42,082 nucleotides of DNA, taken from the sequence record SRR2962707_2477; one strand, given 5' to 3'. Below the pieces are notes generated by a model. It was not told the DNA's origin. It ran no database searches and was given only the letters and a program-made list of their open reading frames with translations. Below are positions 7,768 to 17,768 of this stretch, piece after piece. The number at the start of each line of letters is the position of its first letter. Within the stretch, counting starts at the first letter, position 1. A program made the position numbers and the translations under genes.

Positions 7768-8507
7768 AGCAGGCCGAACATCGCAGGAGCAATCCGATCT
7801 GCGCCAAGCGTTAGCTGGCCCGCCGTTGAAAGGTGGACCTTCTGCTCTGGATCGTCAGTTCGAACGGCCAGCCCCTCCGCAGTCACGCGATCCATATTGA
7901 GGCCAGTCAGCACAATTCCCTCCTGTGATGTGACCACATCATCCCAATATGGGGCGCTGCCAAGTGAAGGGTTGTCGCATAGTGACACAAACACCACCGG
8001 AACAGTCACGCCAAGATCCGCTCGAAAGTCGCTGACGAACTGCAAGAAATTCTCATCCCATGCCTGAGCCGCAACCAGTGAAGTCTGCGCTTCGGTTTCG
8101 CCCTGGTAGAACGCCATCCCGTCTATTGTGCCGCCTTCTGCAATGACCAACCGCGCGCGGTTGAGCAACCCGCCATAAAGAGACGATCGCAGGGAACTCT
8201 TTTGCCATTGAGTGATCGAAGACCCACCATAGGCGCCATTTACTAGACCGATACCCACGTTGGGCAGAAGGCCGGCCAGCGCGTTGGCGAATGACATCCC
8301 GAAGCTTACACCAGCGCCGGTCACAGTAGGCTCGGCGCCAGCGACCCATGCGTCTGCAATTCGCATCCTGATGCGCCCGGACTGAGGGAATTCAGCGCCC
8401 GTTAGATCTGAAGTGAAACCGCGTCCCTCAGCGTTGGATTGTCCCGCTATCAGAAAGTTCTTCCACGATAGCGGGACGCTCTCGGGCAGTGCTGTCGAAA
8501 TAATCAA
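7764..8507 (-). CDS. SGNH O-acetylesterase (SASA/NanS-like), last gene of the tail operon
   Basis: AGQSNAEGRG, YQGE and VHL motifs; no signal peptide; TTG start overlaps the tail-fibre stop (TTGA). Confidence 0.85.
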   Translation of the reverse strand: MIISTALPESVPLSWKNFLIAGQSNAEGRGFTSDLTGAEFPQSGRIRMRIADAWVAGAEPTVTGAGVSFGMSFANALAGLLPNVGIGLVNGAYGGSSITQWQKSSLRSSLYGGLLNRARLVIAEGGTIDGMAFYQGETEAQTSLVAAQAWDENFLQFVSDFRADLGVTVPVVFVSLCDNPSLGSAPYWDDVVTSQEGIVLTGLNMDRVTAEGLAVRTDDPEQKVHLSTAGQLTLGADRIAPAMFGLL

Positions 8508-10621
8508 GAATAGTTCCCCAGCAAGAGGCCGACAGCGAGTAGCTCTGGCGCTTTGTTATTGGCAGTGGTCCATCGCCACTTGCAGCTCGTGCCAGAAGTG
8601 ATCCCGCTGATGTCGGCTCGCCCTGACGCATAGAGTTTCGACCCATCAGGCCGCGCATACTTTTCGATTAAGGTGAGAGCACCATAGGCTGCACCATCGC
8701 GCGAAACGCTCATGATAAAGTCCGTATTCAGAACCGCCGTTTCCAGTTTGGCAAAGGCGAACAGCATCGCCCATGTTGGCGGGGCGGCAAGGGTCATGGC
8801 CACGCTAGAGACTATGACGTTGTTGCTGCCTGAAATCTGGGTTGCGCGGGTGCCGATGCGGTTGCCGCTATCCTCGGTGAAGGTGACGCCCGCGCCGGCT
8901 GCCGTTCCCGTATAGTAGAACCGGGTGCCCGCCCACACCAGCGAAGCCATTGTCGTCGTCTTGACCGCAACATAATAGTCACCGGTCGCCGGGACGCTGT
9001 AGGGCACCGAAAGCGTCCTGTCAGTCCAACCATCCGCGCCAATTGTGTAGGTGTGGCTTTCGCTGACCACAACGTCATAGTTGCCGGCGCTGTTGCGCTT
9101 CAGGATCATCATTGTGACCGTCTGAGTGCCTGCGCGAGCCATGAACCCCAGTTTCGTGCAGACCTGACTGTTATTCAGCTTCCACGACCTGTCGCCCATC
9201 GTAAATGTGGTGAAGTCGGTTGGAGTTGAAAACGGCCCTGCGCTGGCGGGTGTAACCGTGGATGGGGTTGGTTTCAGTTTGCCGGCCACCGAACTGTCGA
9301 GATTGGTCGCGCCGGCAACGTCGACATACGCCAGCGTTCCAATCCCGTCGAATATACCGTTGCCATCTGGACCAGCGAGGATTGGCCCACCCGTTGTGCG
9401 CTCAACTGTTTCCATATTGGTAACGGAGAAGAAAGTGAGCAGCGAGTCTTCGGTGACATCGGCAGAAACCACCGGCGCAGTTGGGTCTGTGCTGTCGACG
9501 CTGATCCCTGTTCCGGCTGTGACCCCGGCTACAGTACCAGCGCCGTCATTGCCCCGGCGCGCCACTAGCGTCCAATAGGCGTTGCTGGTCGTCGGCAGCG
9601 TCGGCGGCGCATTGCCCGTAGTAGGCGCCGTTGCCCGCCAAGATGAACCATTGTCGAGTGTGCCGTCATCAATGGCGTAGGTTGTGCCACCGTCATAGCC
9701 CCCTCGCCAGGTGATGCCGCGCTCGCCCTGAATGCCCTGGATGCCTTGAATGCCCTGGATGCCTTGCGGGCCTGTATAGAGCGCGGCCAGTTCCCAATCA
9801 GGGCCAGTAATCAGTCGCACCACACCGCTGCGCCCCGAGTAAGCACCAAAGTCGGTTTCTAGATCGGTGACAAATACCAGATAACCAACAGCCTCGCCTT
9901 CCAGCGCGGTCAGTTCGGATGGGTCTGCAACTTCAGCATCGGTAACGAAGCCGTCGCCCTGGTCACCAGTTGGCACAAAGAATGCCATCATTTCATCGTC
10001 TGCCGAGAACGTGCTCGACCCGCCGACATAGACCAGCGTCAGCTTGCGATAGCCGGTGCCGTCAACCACCGACCCGGTGATCTTGAACGAATGAAACACA
10101 GATGGGTCAGCGATCGCGCGAAGCCATAGCGTACCCTTGTAGAGCGACGTGCTGTCATCCCATGTATCAAGTTCCGCCGACACTGTAGCGCCGTTGGCGT
10201 CGAGATTGTCCAGGTAGGCTGCGGTCGCGCTGCCAATCGTTGCGTTGTTGAGCCGCAGATAGCCAGAGCCCGGATCGGCGTCGGTCACACTGTCGCTGAA
10301 GCGATAGAACAATCCGCGCCCATTGGCTTCCACGACGCTCATTTGCTCGAGCAGTTGCCGCGTGCGCTCCGACATGCGGATGCTGTCGGCCTGCAGCAAG
10401 ACTTCGTAGGCGTCATCTGCTAAACCAGTGCCAGGCCAAGCATTGATGCTCAGTGACGTGTTGCTGGTCGCGTCGGCGGTCACGCGCGCAAACAGCCCCT
10501 GTGCTGGGTCAGTGAACAGGTCGCCCTCAAACACCTTGCCTTCCCAGAAGGTGTCAGTGCCGGTCACGGTTGTGCCGCCATCGGCAACCGTTACGGTGCC
10601 AGCGGAAATCGATGTGGTCAT
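8504..10621 (-). CDS. Tail fibre / receptor-binding protein (705 aa)
   Basis: Start MTTSISAGTVTV after a GAGG RBS; collagen-like (GIQ)n linker; WRG..Y...W carbohydrate-binding-like module; Thr/Gly/Ser-rich beta C-terminus. Confidence 0.85.
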   Translation of the reverse strand: MTTSISAGTVTVADGGTTVTGTDTFWEGKVFEGDLFTDPAQGLFARVTADATSNTSLSINAWPGTGLADDAYEVLLQADSIRMSERTRQLLEQMSVVEANGRGLFYRFSDSVTDADPGSGYLRLNNATIGSATAAYLDNLDANGATVSAELDTWDDSTSLYKGTLWLRAIADPSVFHSFKITGSVVDGTGYRKLTLVYVGGSSTFSADDEMMAFFVPTGDQGDGFVTDAEVADPSELTALEGEAVGYLVFVTDLETDFGAYSGRSGVVRLITGPDWELAALYTGPQGIQGIQGIQGIQGERGITWRGGYDGGTTYAIDDGTLDNGSSWRATAPTTGNAPPTLPTTSNAYWTLVARRGNDGAGTVAGVTAGTGISVDSTDPTAPVVSADVTEDSLLTFFSVTNMETVERTTGGPILAGPDGNGIFDGIGTLAYVDVAGATNLDSSVAGKLKPTPSTVTPASAGPFSTPTDFTTFTMGDRSWKLNNSQVCTKLGFMARAGTQTVTMMILKRNSAGNYDVVVSESHTYTIGADGWTDRTLSVPYSVPATGDYYVAVKTTTMASLVWAGTRFYYTGTAAGAGVTFTEDSGNRIGTRATQISGSNNVIVSSVAMTLAAPPTWAMLFAFAKLETAVLNTDFIMSVSRDGAAYGALTLIEKYARPDGSKLYASGRADISGITSGTSCKWRWTTANNKAPELLAVGLLLGNYS
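9725..9766 (-). repeat. 9-bp tandem repeat encoding a collagen-like (QGI)n segment
   Basis: gccctgaat gccctggat gccttgaat gccctggat gccttg. Confidence 0.85.
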
Positions 10622-10634
10622 ATCTGCCTCTGGA

Positions 10635-11432
10635 TTAGCTGCGCCGGCCGTAGCGGCCATTGACGGTCAGCGAGTATGTGGATGCGTAGTTAGTCGGGTC
10701 GGAATAGACCGCAGCGTTCGACTGGCCGTAGTACATCGGGTCAACCTTTGTGGTCAGCCCGAATGGAGGGTAGAAACCTGAAACCGAGCCGTTGACCGAC
10801 TTGGAGTAAGGCGCGCTGGGGTTCTGGTAGATCAGGATTCCGCCGCCGCTAGGGAACACGTTGCGTCCGCCGATGGCATCCTCGTTGGGAGTCAACGGCT
10901 TGCCCCAATCGCCCACGCCGCCGCAGGCTGGCCCGACCGATTGCTGAAGTTCAGCGACCAGATTGCCGCCACTTATGTAAATGCTCATCTGCCGGCCAAA
11001 CCCAAGCTCTTCCTCAAGCGTGAAGGTGCCGGTGATCTGGATCGCAACGCCGGTTGGAACGCGCGGGTTGATCGGCCCATAGAGCCAGTTGTGCGTAGGC
11101 GATACGGTGCGGGTCAGTGTGGCGCGACCGATAAAAATGTCTGCCCCAGAAGGCACTGCGCCGAGGGTCAGCGTGTTCGTCCACTCTTGCGGCAGCGCTC
11201 CAACGGCAGAAACATTCTGCACGTCATAGCCATACCCAACGCCAGCGGAGTAATCGACATCGTATTGAACCCCATAAAGCTCGCCCTTGGTCACATCCGG
11301 GAATGCCAGCGAAGCCGTATAGGTCTGCTCAGTGGTCAGAAACTGAACCATCTGGCCGGCTGTCGTCATCGTAATGCGTGAGCCTTGGCGCACGACCAGT
11401 TCGCCGCCCTCATATTTCACGCCGCCGGTCAT
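10635..11432 (-). CDS. Minor tail / tail-tip protein
   Basis: Coupled (ATGA) within the tail operon; Gly/Thr/Tyr-rich beta composition. Confidence 0.7.
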   Translation of the reverse strand: MTGGVKYEGGELVVRQGSRITMTTAGQMVQFLTTEQTYTASLAFPDVTKGELYGVQYDVDYSAGVGYGYDVQNVSAVGALPQEWTNTLTLGAVPSGADIFIGRATLTRTVSPTHNWLYGPINPRVPTGVAIQITGTFTLEEELGFGRQMSIYISGGNLVAELQQSVGPACGGVGDWGKPLTPNEDAIGGRNVFPSGGGILIYQNPSAPYSKSVNGSVSGFYPPFGLTTKVDPMYYGQSNAAVYSDPTNYASTYSLTVNGRYGRRS

Positions 11433-12274
11433 GGCGCTTGCACCTCGATGGCAGCTGAGCCGGTGAACGTGCCGTTGTAAGCGGCGCTTGGCCCGTAGAC
11501 GTACCCACTGGTTTGATAGTTGGTCGCGAATGCGAACTTTTGGCCAGCCGGGACCGTCTCGGTAATAGTCCCATCCGGGTCCACAAGACGCGGCGCGCCA
11601 TTCTTGCGGTCAATCGTCTTGCCTAGCGGGAAGCCAAACGGCAGGCCGCCAGAACGCACCTGCAGATAGCGCCGGTCTGAGCTGAACTTGCCCTTCCCCA
11701 TCTGCAGGATGCCGGTGCTTTCATCGAACCGATAAACCACATCGCCGCTTGGGGCTGGCGGGCGCTTGAACACAAGAACGGTGTAGGTTGCACTGATCGC
11801 TGGCATCACCGACGCAGACTGGATGTACCATTCGCGCAGATAGATTTTGTTGGTGTCCGCATAGGCGCAAATGCTGCGCGTGCGGCCATCCGCCAGGCTT
11901 TGGACCGCACGGCCCGGGTAAACCACGTCATCATTCACCACAACCATGAAGTCAGGCACATAGCCCAGCCCGTGCGTCAGCAGCTCATGCGTTGCGGGTG
12001 AACCGGTATAGACCATCGTACTGGCGGCATTGAAGTTTGCGCCGCCGAGCGAACCAGCGGCGACCGCTGCATGGCTGACCACGACCGCTGTCGGGCCGTG
12101 GCTGACCTCCATATAGTCGAGATCTGTGTGGAAGTAGATGTTCGCGAGCCAGCTGCCGGGATCCATAAAAGGCCGATGCATAAGCGCATTATTGTCTTCA
12201 GTGTCACCGCCGCCCGGCGCCTCTTCATAGATGGCCGCGCGCCCGGTAGCTTCGTCCACCCGGAAAATGATCAT
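11429..12274 (-). CDS. Minor tail / tail-tip protein
   Basis: Coupled (ATGA) to the tail-tip gene; 'HGLGYVP' motif common in tail proteins. Confidence 0.7.
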   Translation of the reverse strand: MIIFRVDEATGRAAIYEEAPGGGDTEDNNALMHRPFMDPGSWLANIYFHTDLDYMEVSHGPTAVVVSHAAVAAGSLGGANFNAASTMVYTGSPATHELLTHGLGYVPDFMVVVNDDVVYPGRAVQSLADGRTRSICAYADTNKIYLREWYIQSASVMPAISATYTVLVFKRPPAPSGDVVYRFDESTGILQMGKGKFSSDRRYLQVRSGGLPFGFPLGKTIDRKNGAPRLVDPDGTITETVPAGQKFAFATNYQTSGYVYGPSAAYNGTFTGSAAIEVQAP

Positions 12275-14673
12275 GGGTCACTCGAAATCTGGAAAATGCC
12301 GTCAGTCAGGTTCCAGAAGCTGTTGCCACTGGCGCTTCGGATTGTGCCGGCGGTCAGATCAAGGATCATTGCGCCGTCTGAGTTGAACATCGCCGAGACA
12401 GACGCCCCGCCATCAGTGCTGATCACGGTCTGGTCAGCGTCAAGGACGATGCGGGTAGGCTCTTCGGTATCCGCAGGGACATCGAGCAGCAACGATGCCG
12501 ATCGATAGGTCACGTCATTGACTGCCGCGGTCAGCGCATAGCGCGCACTGTAGCCGCCAGTGCCGGCCCTTGCTTCCCAGCGGACGTTCACCTCTGAGGT
12601 GTTCCCGCCCATTGCAGCGTAAAGGGACTCCAGCGATGTCGCGATTGCGCCGCCCGGCCCCAGCGCTACCTCGATGATCTCGGTAAAGCTGGCCTCAAGG
12701 TCACCTGCCCTTTTGCGCAATTCGCGCTGCAGCACCTGGCGGTCATTGAAGTTTGCCAGATCCTGTTCGGCCAGGGTTGAGCCCAGCCGTTCAAAGTTGT
12801 TGATCGCGCTGCGGACGCCCGTGCTGATCCATTTCAGATCATCAACGATATCGCCGGCGATATCCTCGAACGTGATGTCGATATCATTTGGCCCGAGCTT
12901 TACGTTCGGCGTTGTCACAGCCAGCCAGTCTGACCATTCCGTCACACGGCCCGAGAACGGCGTGAAGATGCCCCGCGCTTCATAGGCCTGAGCTGGCAGA
13001 AGCCCGTCTGAGATGATGTAGTTTGAGGGCGCAGGGTTTGCTGGATCATATGGGTATTCGCCATCGAAGAACGGCGCAGTCTCCCCAGAGCGCCGCACCT
13101 GAACCCGCACCGATCGAACATCGAGCAAGCCCGCGGCGTAAAGAACCTCAATGCCCGGGCGCCGAGCCTGGGAATCGCTGTCGACATGCGTATATGGCTG
13201 CAAATCCCAGCCGGTCATTACCTGCGGCGTCGGCCGAGCGATCACCAGCGGCGAGATATCCCAAGGCAGCTGATATTCGCTGTCCCAGCCATAGTCTGCA
13301 GGGTCAGCCTCCTGCGCGCCTATGAACTGGTTGCCGTTCGGCAGATCGTCCATTGCAGTGATCAGGAACAGCTTATCAGTCCAGCCGTTGCGCGCGCTCG
13401 TTTCCGAGTAGCTATCGAGCGGCTCGTATTCCCAGAATTCTGGGGGCATCGTCTTTGTCGTCTTGCGGAACCGGCGCGTTTCCTCGATGGCGGCGCGCAT
13501 GAGCTGCTGAACCTGAACGGCAAACGGCACGGCCTTGTAATCTGCCGAGAAAGGCAGGCGCCGGCCATCGTCAAGCGATTCAAGATCAGACCGATAACGG
13601 GGCGGCGCTTCCTTGTTTTCCCATGCCTCTGCTGGCTCGGGATAGGTCGCGGCGATGCCGTTGTAGAGGCTTTCAAGACCGGGAAACGGGTCATAGTTCT
13701 GGCCATCGGTGATCACCGTATCTTCATCGGTGATCGAAACAACGGCGGCATCAGGCTCGCCGACAAGGAACTTATAGACCCCGCCGATTTCAGCCACGCG
13801 GCCTTCGCACGCCTTGAGATATTCGCCGATGATCGCCTGCGGCTCAGCATCAACCGACACTTCAAGCCCGAAGCGGAACCGCTTCTGTGTGCCGCCGCCA
13901 TCCAGACTGATCAGCGCATCGCACTTGTCCATCTGGGCTTCAAGGTTGGCATAGACGAAGTTGTCATCGGTGATGTTCTGGGGGCCATAGACCCACTCGC
14001 CATCGTAGTAGATGCCCTGCATGATGGTATGGATGCCAACCATCGGGTTGTCGTGAGCATCGTCGCCGCGAGGATCGTCCAGCTCGATGCCGTTAATTTC
14101 GGCGAAATACTCGGGGAAGTTGGAGAACAGCTCGCGATTGACCAATGCCGTCGCGACGAAATACGCAACGCCACGGCCAACCATGTCGGCCGTGTATGGC
14201 CGATCGACATCGCTGCCGAACTTTGAGCGCATCAGCGGATCGGCAACCGTCTGGCTGCCATCGTAGAACTTAACCCAGAGATGATCGACACCGCCGACGC
14301 GGTATTCGAGAACAGCGCGGCCGAGGTCGCCAGTGTCCGATGCGGCAAGCGTTACGCGCTCGCCGTTGACGAAAAACCCGGCAAGGCCCCGCACTGGCAG
14401 ATCAGAAACCGAAACGACCTTGGAAAAATAGGCGTTCGGGGTTTCCCCGGAATTGCCCCAGGTGCCGGCGTACTTCAGATGCCCCGCTGTGCCGTAGAAG
14501 CCCATAATGAAAGACAGCGGGTGATCGCCGCCCTTCTGGATCGAGCCGCGGACGCCTGGAACTTTGCGCTTCTGCTCGTTGTCCTGCTGGAACATGCTGG
14601 CGATCAGCGAACTTGCCGCCGACAGAACCAGGCTGATGATCAGATTGACGATAAAGGCGGTAAACGGGTCCAT
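12271..14673 (-). CDS. Tail tip / host-specificity protein (gpJ-like hub and central fibre)
   Basis: 800 aa; hydrophobic N-terminus, 'YNGIAATYPEPAEAW' tail-hub signature, FnIII-like region and C-terminal coiled coil. Confidence 0.85.
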   Translation of the reverse strand: MDPFTAFIVNLIISLVLSAASSLIASMFQQDNEQKRKVPGVRGSIQKGGDHPLSFIMGFYGTAGHLKYAGTWGNSGETPNAYFSKVVSVSDLPVRGLAGFFVNGERVTLAASDTGDLGRAVLEYRVGGVDHLWVKFYDGSQTVADPLMRSKFGSDVDRPYTADMVGRGVAYFVATALVNRELFSNFPEYFAEINGIELDDPRGDDAHDNPMVGIHTIMQGIYYDGEWVYGPQNITDDNFVYANLEAQMDKCDALISLDGGGTQKRFRFGLEVSVDAEPQAIIGEYLKACEGRVAEIGGVYKFLVGEPDAAVVSITDEDTVITDGQNYDPFPGLESLYNGIAATYPEPAEAWENKEAPPRYRSDLESLDDGRRLPFSADYKAVPFAVQVQQLMRAAIEETRRFRKTTKTMPPEFWEYEPLDSYSETSARNGWTDKLFLITAMDDLPNGNQFIGAQEADPADYGWDSEYQLPWDISPLVIARPTPQVMTGWDLQPYTHVDSDSQARRPGIEVLYAAGLLDVRSVRVQVRRSGETAPFFDGEYPYDPANPAPSNYIISDGLLPAQAYEARGIFTPFSGRVTEWSDWLAVTTPNVKLGPNDIDITFEDIAGDIVDDLKWISTGVRSAINNFERLGSTLAEQDLANFNDRQVLQRELRKRAGDLEASFTEIIEVALGPGGAIATSLESLYAAMGGNTSEVNVRWEARAGTGGYSARYALTAAVNDVTYRSASLLLDVPADTEEPTRIVLDADQTVISTDGGASVSAMFNSDGAMILDLTAGTIRSASGNSFWNLTDGIFQISSDP

Positions 14674-15311
14674 CAGTTAGTCGCGCCTTTCGTCTCGCCC
14701 CACCACAGTTCCCACTGCCCGGCGGTTCCGGCGTATTGGCCAAACCGATCGCCCGTGCGCAGCTTGTAGGTTTCGTCACTGCGCTTTGCTGAATTGGTGC
14801 GGGTCAGCTCGCGGGTATGCGAGACAACCTTGATTGTTCGAACGCTCTGGCCGCCGACGGCTGCCGTCATTTCCGGGGCGCCATTCACGAAGCCCACCAG
14901 GCGGCTGCGAGGATTGGCCACCAGCAAGCCGCTATCGGGATCGAGATACCCGCGGAACACCTGAACCCGTGCCGTGCGCAGCCCGACCTCATGGCCGCGC
15001 GCTATGTCTTTGACGATCGGGTGAAGCGGGTTCAGCTTGATTTGCGTCGTGTCGATAGACAGCCCGATCTTGAGGGCGATCGGGTCCATTGACTGAATGG
15101 GCTCGTTGTCGCCGTAGAAAGTATGGTTCTCGACATCGCCTGAGCCATTGACCACCACGTTGACAGCAACGTCTTCGCCGAAGTCGGTGAAGCCGTAGCG
15201 GGTAACCGTGATGCCCTCAGTGATTGTGAACAGCACGAAGTTGCGGGGCAGCACGCCACGCGCACGGTCGCGCACCGCGCCCTGTGTGGCGCTGTCCAAA
15301 GCTCTGACCAT
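14673..15311 (-). CDS. Tail tip assembly protein (DUF2163/gpL-like position)
   Basis: Lies between the Dit-like and J-like genes; C-terminal 'RSDE..K.R.GDRF..Y.....WG' pattern. Confidence 0.7.
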   Translation of the reverse strand: MVRALDSATQGAVRDRARGVLPRNFVLFTITEGITVTRYGFTDFGEDVAVNVVVNGSGDVENHTFYGDNEPIQSMDPIALKIGLSIDTTQIKLNPLHPIVKDIARGHEVGLRTARVQVFRGYLDPDSGLLVANPRSRLVGFVNGAPEMTAAVGGQSVRTIKVVSHTRELTRTNSAKRSDETYKLRTGDRFGQYAGTAGQWELWWGETKGATN

Positions 15312-15320
15312 GTGAAAGTC

Positions 15321-15977
15321 CTAACCGGCTGCTAGTGTTTGCCGCATCGTGAAGGACAGATTGCCCGTCACCATCAGGTCATGGGCCGATGACATCGAGC
15401 CCGGAACGATCTTGCACTTCATCGCCGGCTTGATGACGGTCACCGCCAGCGTTGTCGTAATGCCGGGCCGCAAATGGGGCCGTACCTCGAATAGTGGCGT
15501 CAGGCCGCCTGCGCTTGCCGTCGCACCGGCCACCAGACGCACCAGCGCGCGCCGTGTGGGGCTTCCGTAGTCAAAGGCGAGCATATCCCCCGCCGTGAGT
15601 ACATAGCCGCTTGGCAGGCCTGTTACGCGCATTTCCTTGCGGTTCGCCGCAATGGTGTGGATCGTCGGCGTCGATGCGCCGAGCAATGATCCGTCTGGAT
15701 CGGCTTTCGGATAGGCGGCAGTCGGGCTGTAGGCGTAAAACGTGTTGGTCGAGCCATCCAGGGCATCGAGCTTTGCCTGCAGCGCCAGAGCCTCGGACAG
15801 TTCCATCTCGGAGCTGCTGACCTTGGCCTCCCAGAGCTTGGGGCCAAGATCGGATGCAATGCCCTCGCCGCTGCCCAGCCCGGAATAATCCTGCTGGCTG
15901 ACCAGCATGAAGGGCGCCGAGCGGACCTTGAGCAGATCAAAGAAGTCATCGAGGGCCAGCGGAAACGTGAGCGCCAT
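15321..15977 (-). CDS. Distal tail protein (Dit-like)
   Basis: Directly after the tape measure gene; 'MALTFPL...W.A.....LDG....F..Y.P' pattern. Confidence 0.7.
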   Translation of the reverse strand: MALTFPLALDDFFDLLKVRSAPFMLVSQQDYSGLGSGEGIASDLGPKLWEAKVSSSEMELSEALALQAKLDALDGSTNTFYAYSPTAAYPKADPDGSLLGASTPTIHTIAANRKEMRVTGLPSGYVLTAGDMLAFDYGSPTRRALVRLVAGATASAGGLTPLFEVRPHLRPGITTTLAVTVIKPAMKCKIVPGSMSSAHDLMVTGNLSFTMRQTLAAG

Positions 15978-15979
15978 TA

Positions 15980-17764
15980 TCAGCCCCTTGCCAGCGGATC
16001 GGAATTGACCCGGTTGATAGTCTTCGGCGCTGTAAAGCGATCATACTGTTCGAGCCCGTCAGCGATCGCTGCGGAAACCTGCTCTTGAGTGAGGCCGAGG
16101 CCGCTCATGTAAAGGTTCAGATCGCCTCGGCCGCCGCCCATCCCGCTCAGTTCGTTATTCGGGATCACCTGAGAGCCCCTTGGCAGATTGACCAGCTCTG
16201 GCCCGCGCTCGCCGACCAGCGCAAGGCCGCCCGGCGCATTATTGGTGCCATTGGCAAAACCGGGGATCTTGAAGCCCCCGCCCCCACCAAACGACGCGCC
16301 GAAAAGCATCTCGAAGCCCTTCATGATCGCCATCTTGGCCAGGGCTTGCACCAGGCTCTCAACGGCGCTCATTGCATTGTCGGAACCGGTAATGATGCTG
16401 CCGAATACATTGGCAAGCCCATCGGACAGCGTGGTTGCCATCTCGTTGCCGGCCATTGCCGCAGTCTGGAACGAATCCTGCGCCTGCAGGACAGCCCGGT
16501 TGTAGGTATCCTGATTGATGGCGCCCTTTTCGAGCAATTCATTGAGCCGGGCCACTTCGGCGGCATAGGCTTCCGCTGGGGTTCGGGTTGCCTCGAACAC
16601 GCCAAGCCCTTCGGCCATGACTGCTTTGAGGTCCGATGCCGCGGCCTTTGTGGCGCCGACATTTTCATAGACCGGAACGAAAGCGTCGGCGACTTCCTGA
16701 GCGGATGCCACGACATCAGCCCTCGGCGCGCCAAAGATACCCTGATAGAAGTCCGCGCCGGGGCCGCCCGTATCGCCCGCGGCCAGCTTGTCCGCGATGA
16801 GTGCCTTGGCTTCGTCCTGGCTGTTGAACTTCTGGAAGCCCTTGCCGGCGCCGTTGCCCTGCGCCTTTTCGTTGCCCCAGATGTCATGGGAATTCATGTA
16901 ATCCATCTTGTCGCGCAGCGTGTTGAACGCCCCGACTGCGCTGTTCACAGCCCCGACGACAGTATTCATTGCGTCGACAATCGCCACGGCGATCTGCTGG
17001 GCACTGGCGACAAATTCGGGCGAGGCCATTGTGCCGATCAGCTCATTGAGCGACGGCAGAACTGACGCCGTGATCTGATTGACGATGCCCTGATAGACCG
17101 CCTGCATGCGGGTCAGGCTGTCATTGAACTGCTCAGCGGCCTTCCCGGTGCCGGTGCTCAGGGTGTTGCCAAGCCGATCGGATTCGTTGGCCATGTCGGC
17201 CATGCCCTGCTTGCCCGAGTTGAGCAGCGGGATCATGTCAGCGCCCGAGCGGCCGAGCAGGTTCATGGCAAGCGCGGTCTTCTCTGCACTATCGGGCATG
17301 CGCGACAGCCGGTCGGCCAGGTCGCCGAACACTTCATCAGACGAACGCAGCCGCCCTTCGGCGTCGGTCACCGAAATTCCCAGAGCCTGGAAGGCAGTCG
17401 CCGCCTGCGCGCCCCTGCCCTGCGAGACTTCCAGCATGTTCTGCGACAGCTTTTTCATGCCGGTCGACAGCTGCTCGATGCTCACATCAGACAGCTTTGC
17501 TGCCCATTCCAAACGGGACAGCGCCTCTGTCGTAGTACCGACTCGCTGAGCCATCTTGCTCAGATTGTCTGCCCGGTCGATTGAACCCTTGACCGCAACG
17601 GCCAAGGCAGTGCCGGCAGCGGCCGCTGCAACAGCCACGGCAGCAAAGCCAACCTTGGCCGCCTTGGTGAACTTGTCGAGGCCGCTATCGGCTTTTTTCA
17701 TCCCATTGGTGAAGTCGGCGCTATCAAGGCCGAGCATGACGTGCAGGCTGCCAATTCTGGCCAT
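15980..17764 (-). CDS. Tail tape measure protein (594 aa)
   Basis: Start MARIGSLHVMLGLDSADF after a GAGGTG RBS; Ala-rich helical; C-terminal 'GFANG...GLALVGERGPELV'. Confidence 0.93.
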   Translation of the reverse strand: MARIGSLHVMLGLDSADFTNGMKKADSGLDKFTKAAKVGFAAVAVAAAAAGTALAVAVKGSIDRADNLSKMAQRVGTTTEALSRLEWAAKLSDVSIEQLSTGMKKLSQNMLEVSQGRGAQAATAFQALGISVTDAEGRLRSSDEVFGDLADRLSRMPDSAEKTALAMNLLGRSGADMIPLLNSGKQGMADMANESDRLGNTLSTGTGKAAEQFNDSLTRMQAVYQGIVNQITASVLPSLNELIGTMASPEFVASAQQIAVAIVDAMNTVVGAVNSAVGAFNTLRDKMDYMNSHDIWGNEKAQGNGAGKGFQKFNSQDEAKALIADKLAAGDTGGPGADFYQGIFGAPRADVVASAQEVADAFVPVYENVGATKAAASDLKAVMAEGLGVFEATRTPAEAYAAEVARLNELLEKGAINQDTYNRAVLQAQDSFQTAAMAGNEMATTLSDGLANVFGSIITGSDNAMSAVESLVQALAKMAIMKGFEMLFGASFGGGGGFKIPGFANGTNNAPGGLALVGERGPELVNLPRGSQVIPNNELSGMGGGRGDLNLYMSGLGLTQEQVSAAIADGLEQYDRFTAPKTINRVNSDPLARG

Positions 17765-17768
17765 TGCT

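Noticed and set aside
13186-14226. 346-aa + strand ORF
   Set aside because: Antisense shadow of the tail-tip gene, typical of GC-rich codon bias, with no motifs.
16085-17065. 326-aa + strand ORF
   Set aside because: Antisense shadow of the tape measure gene.
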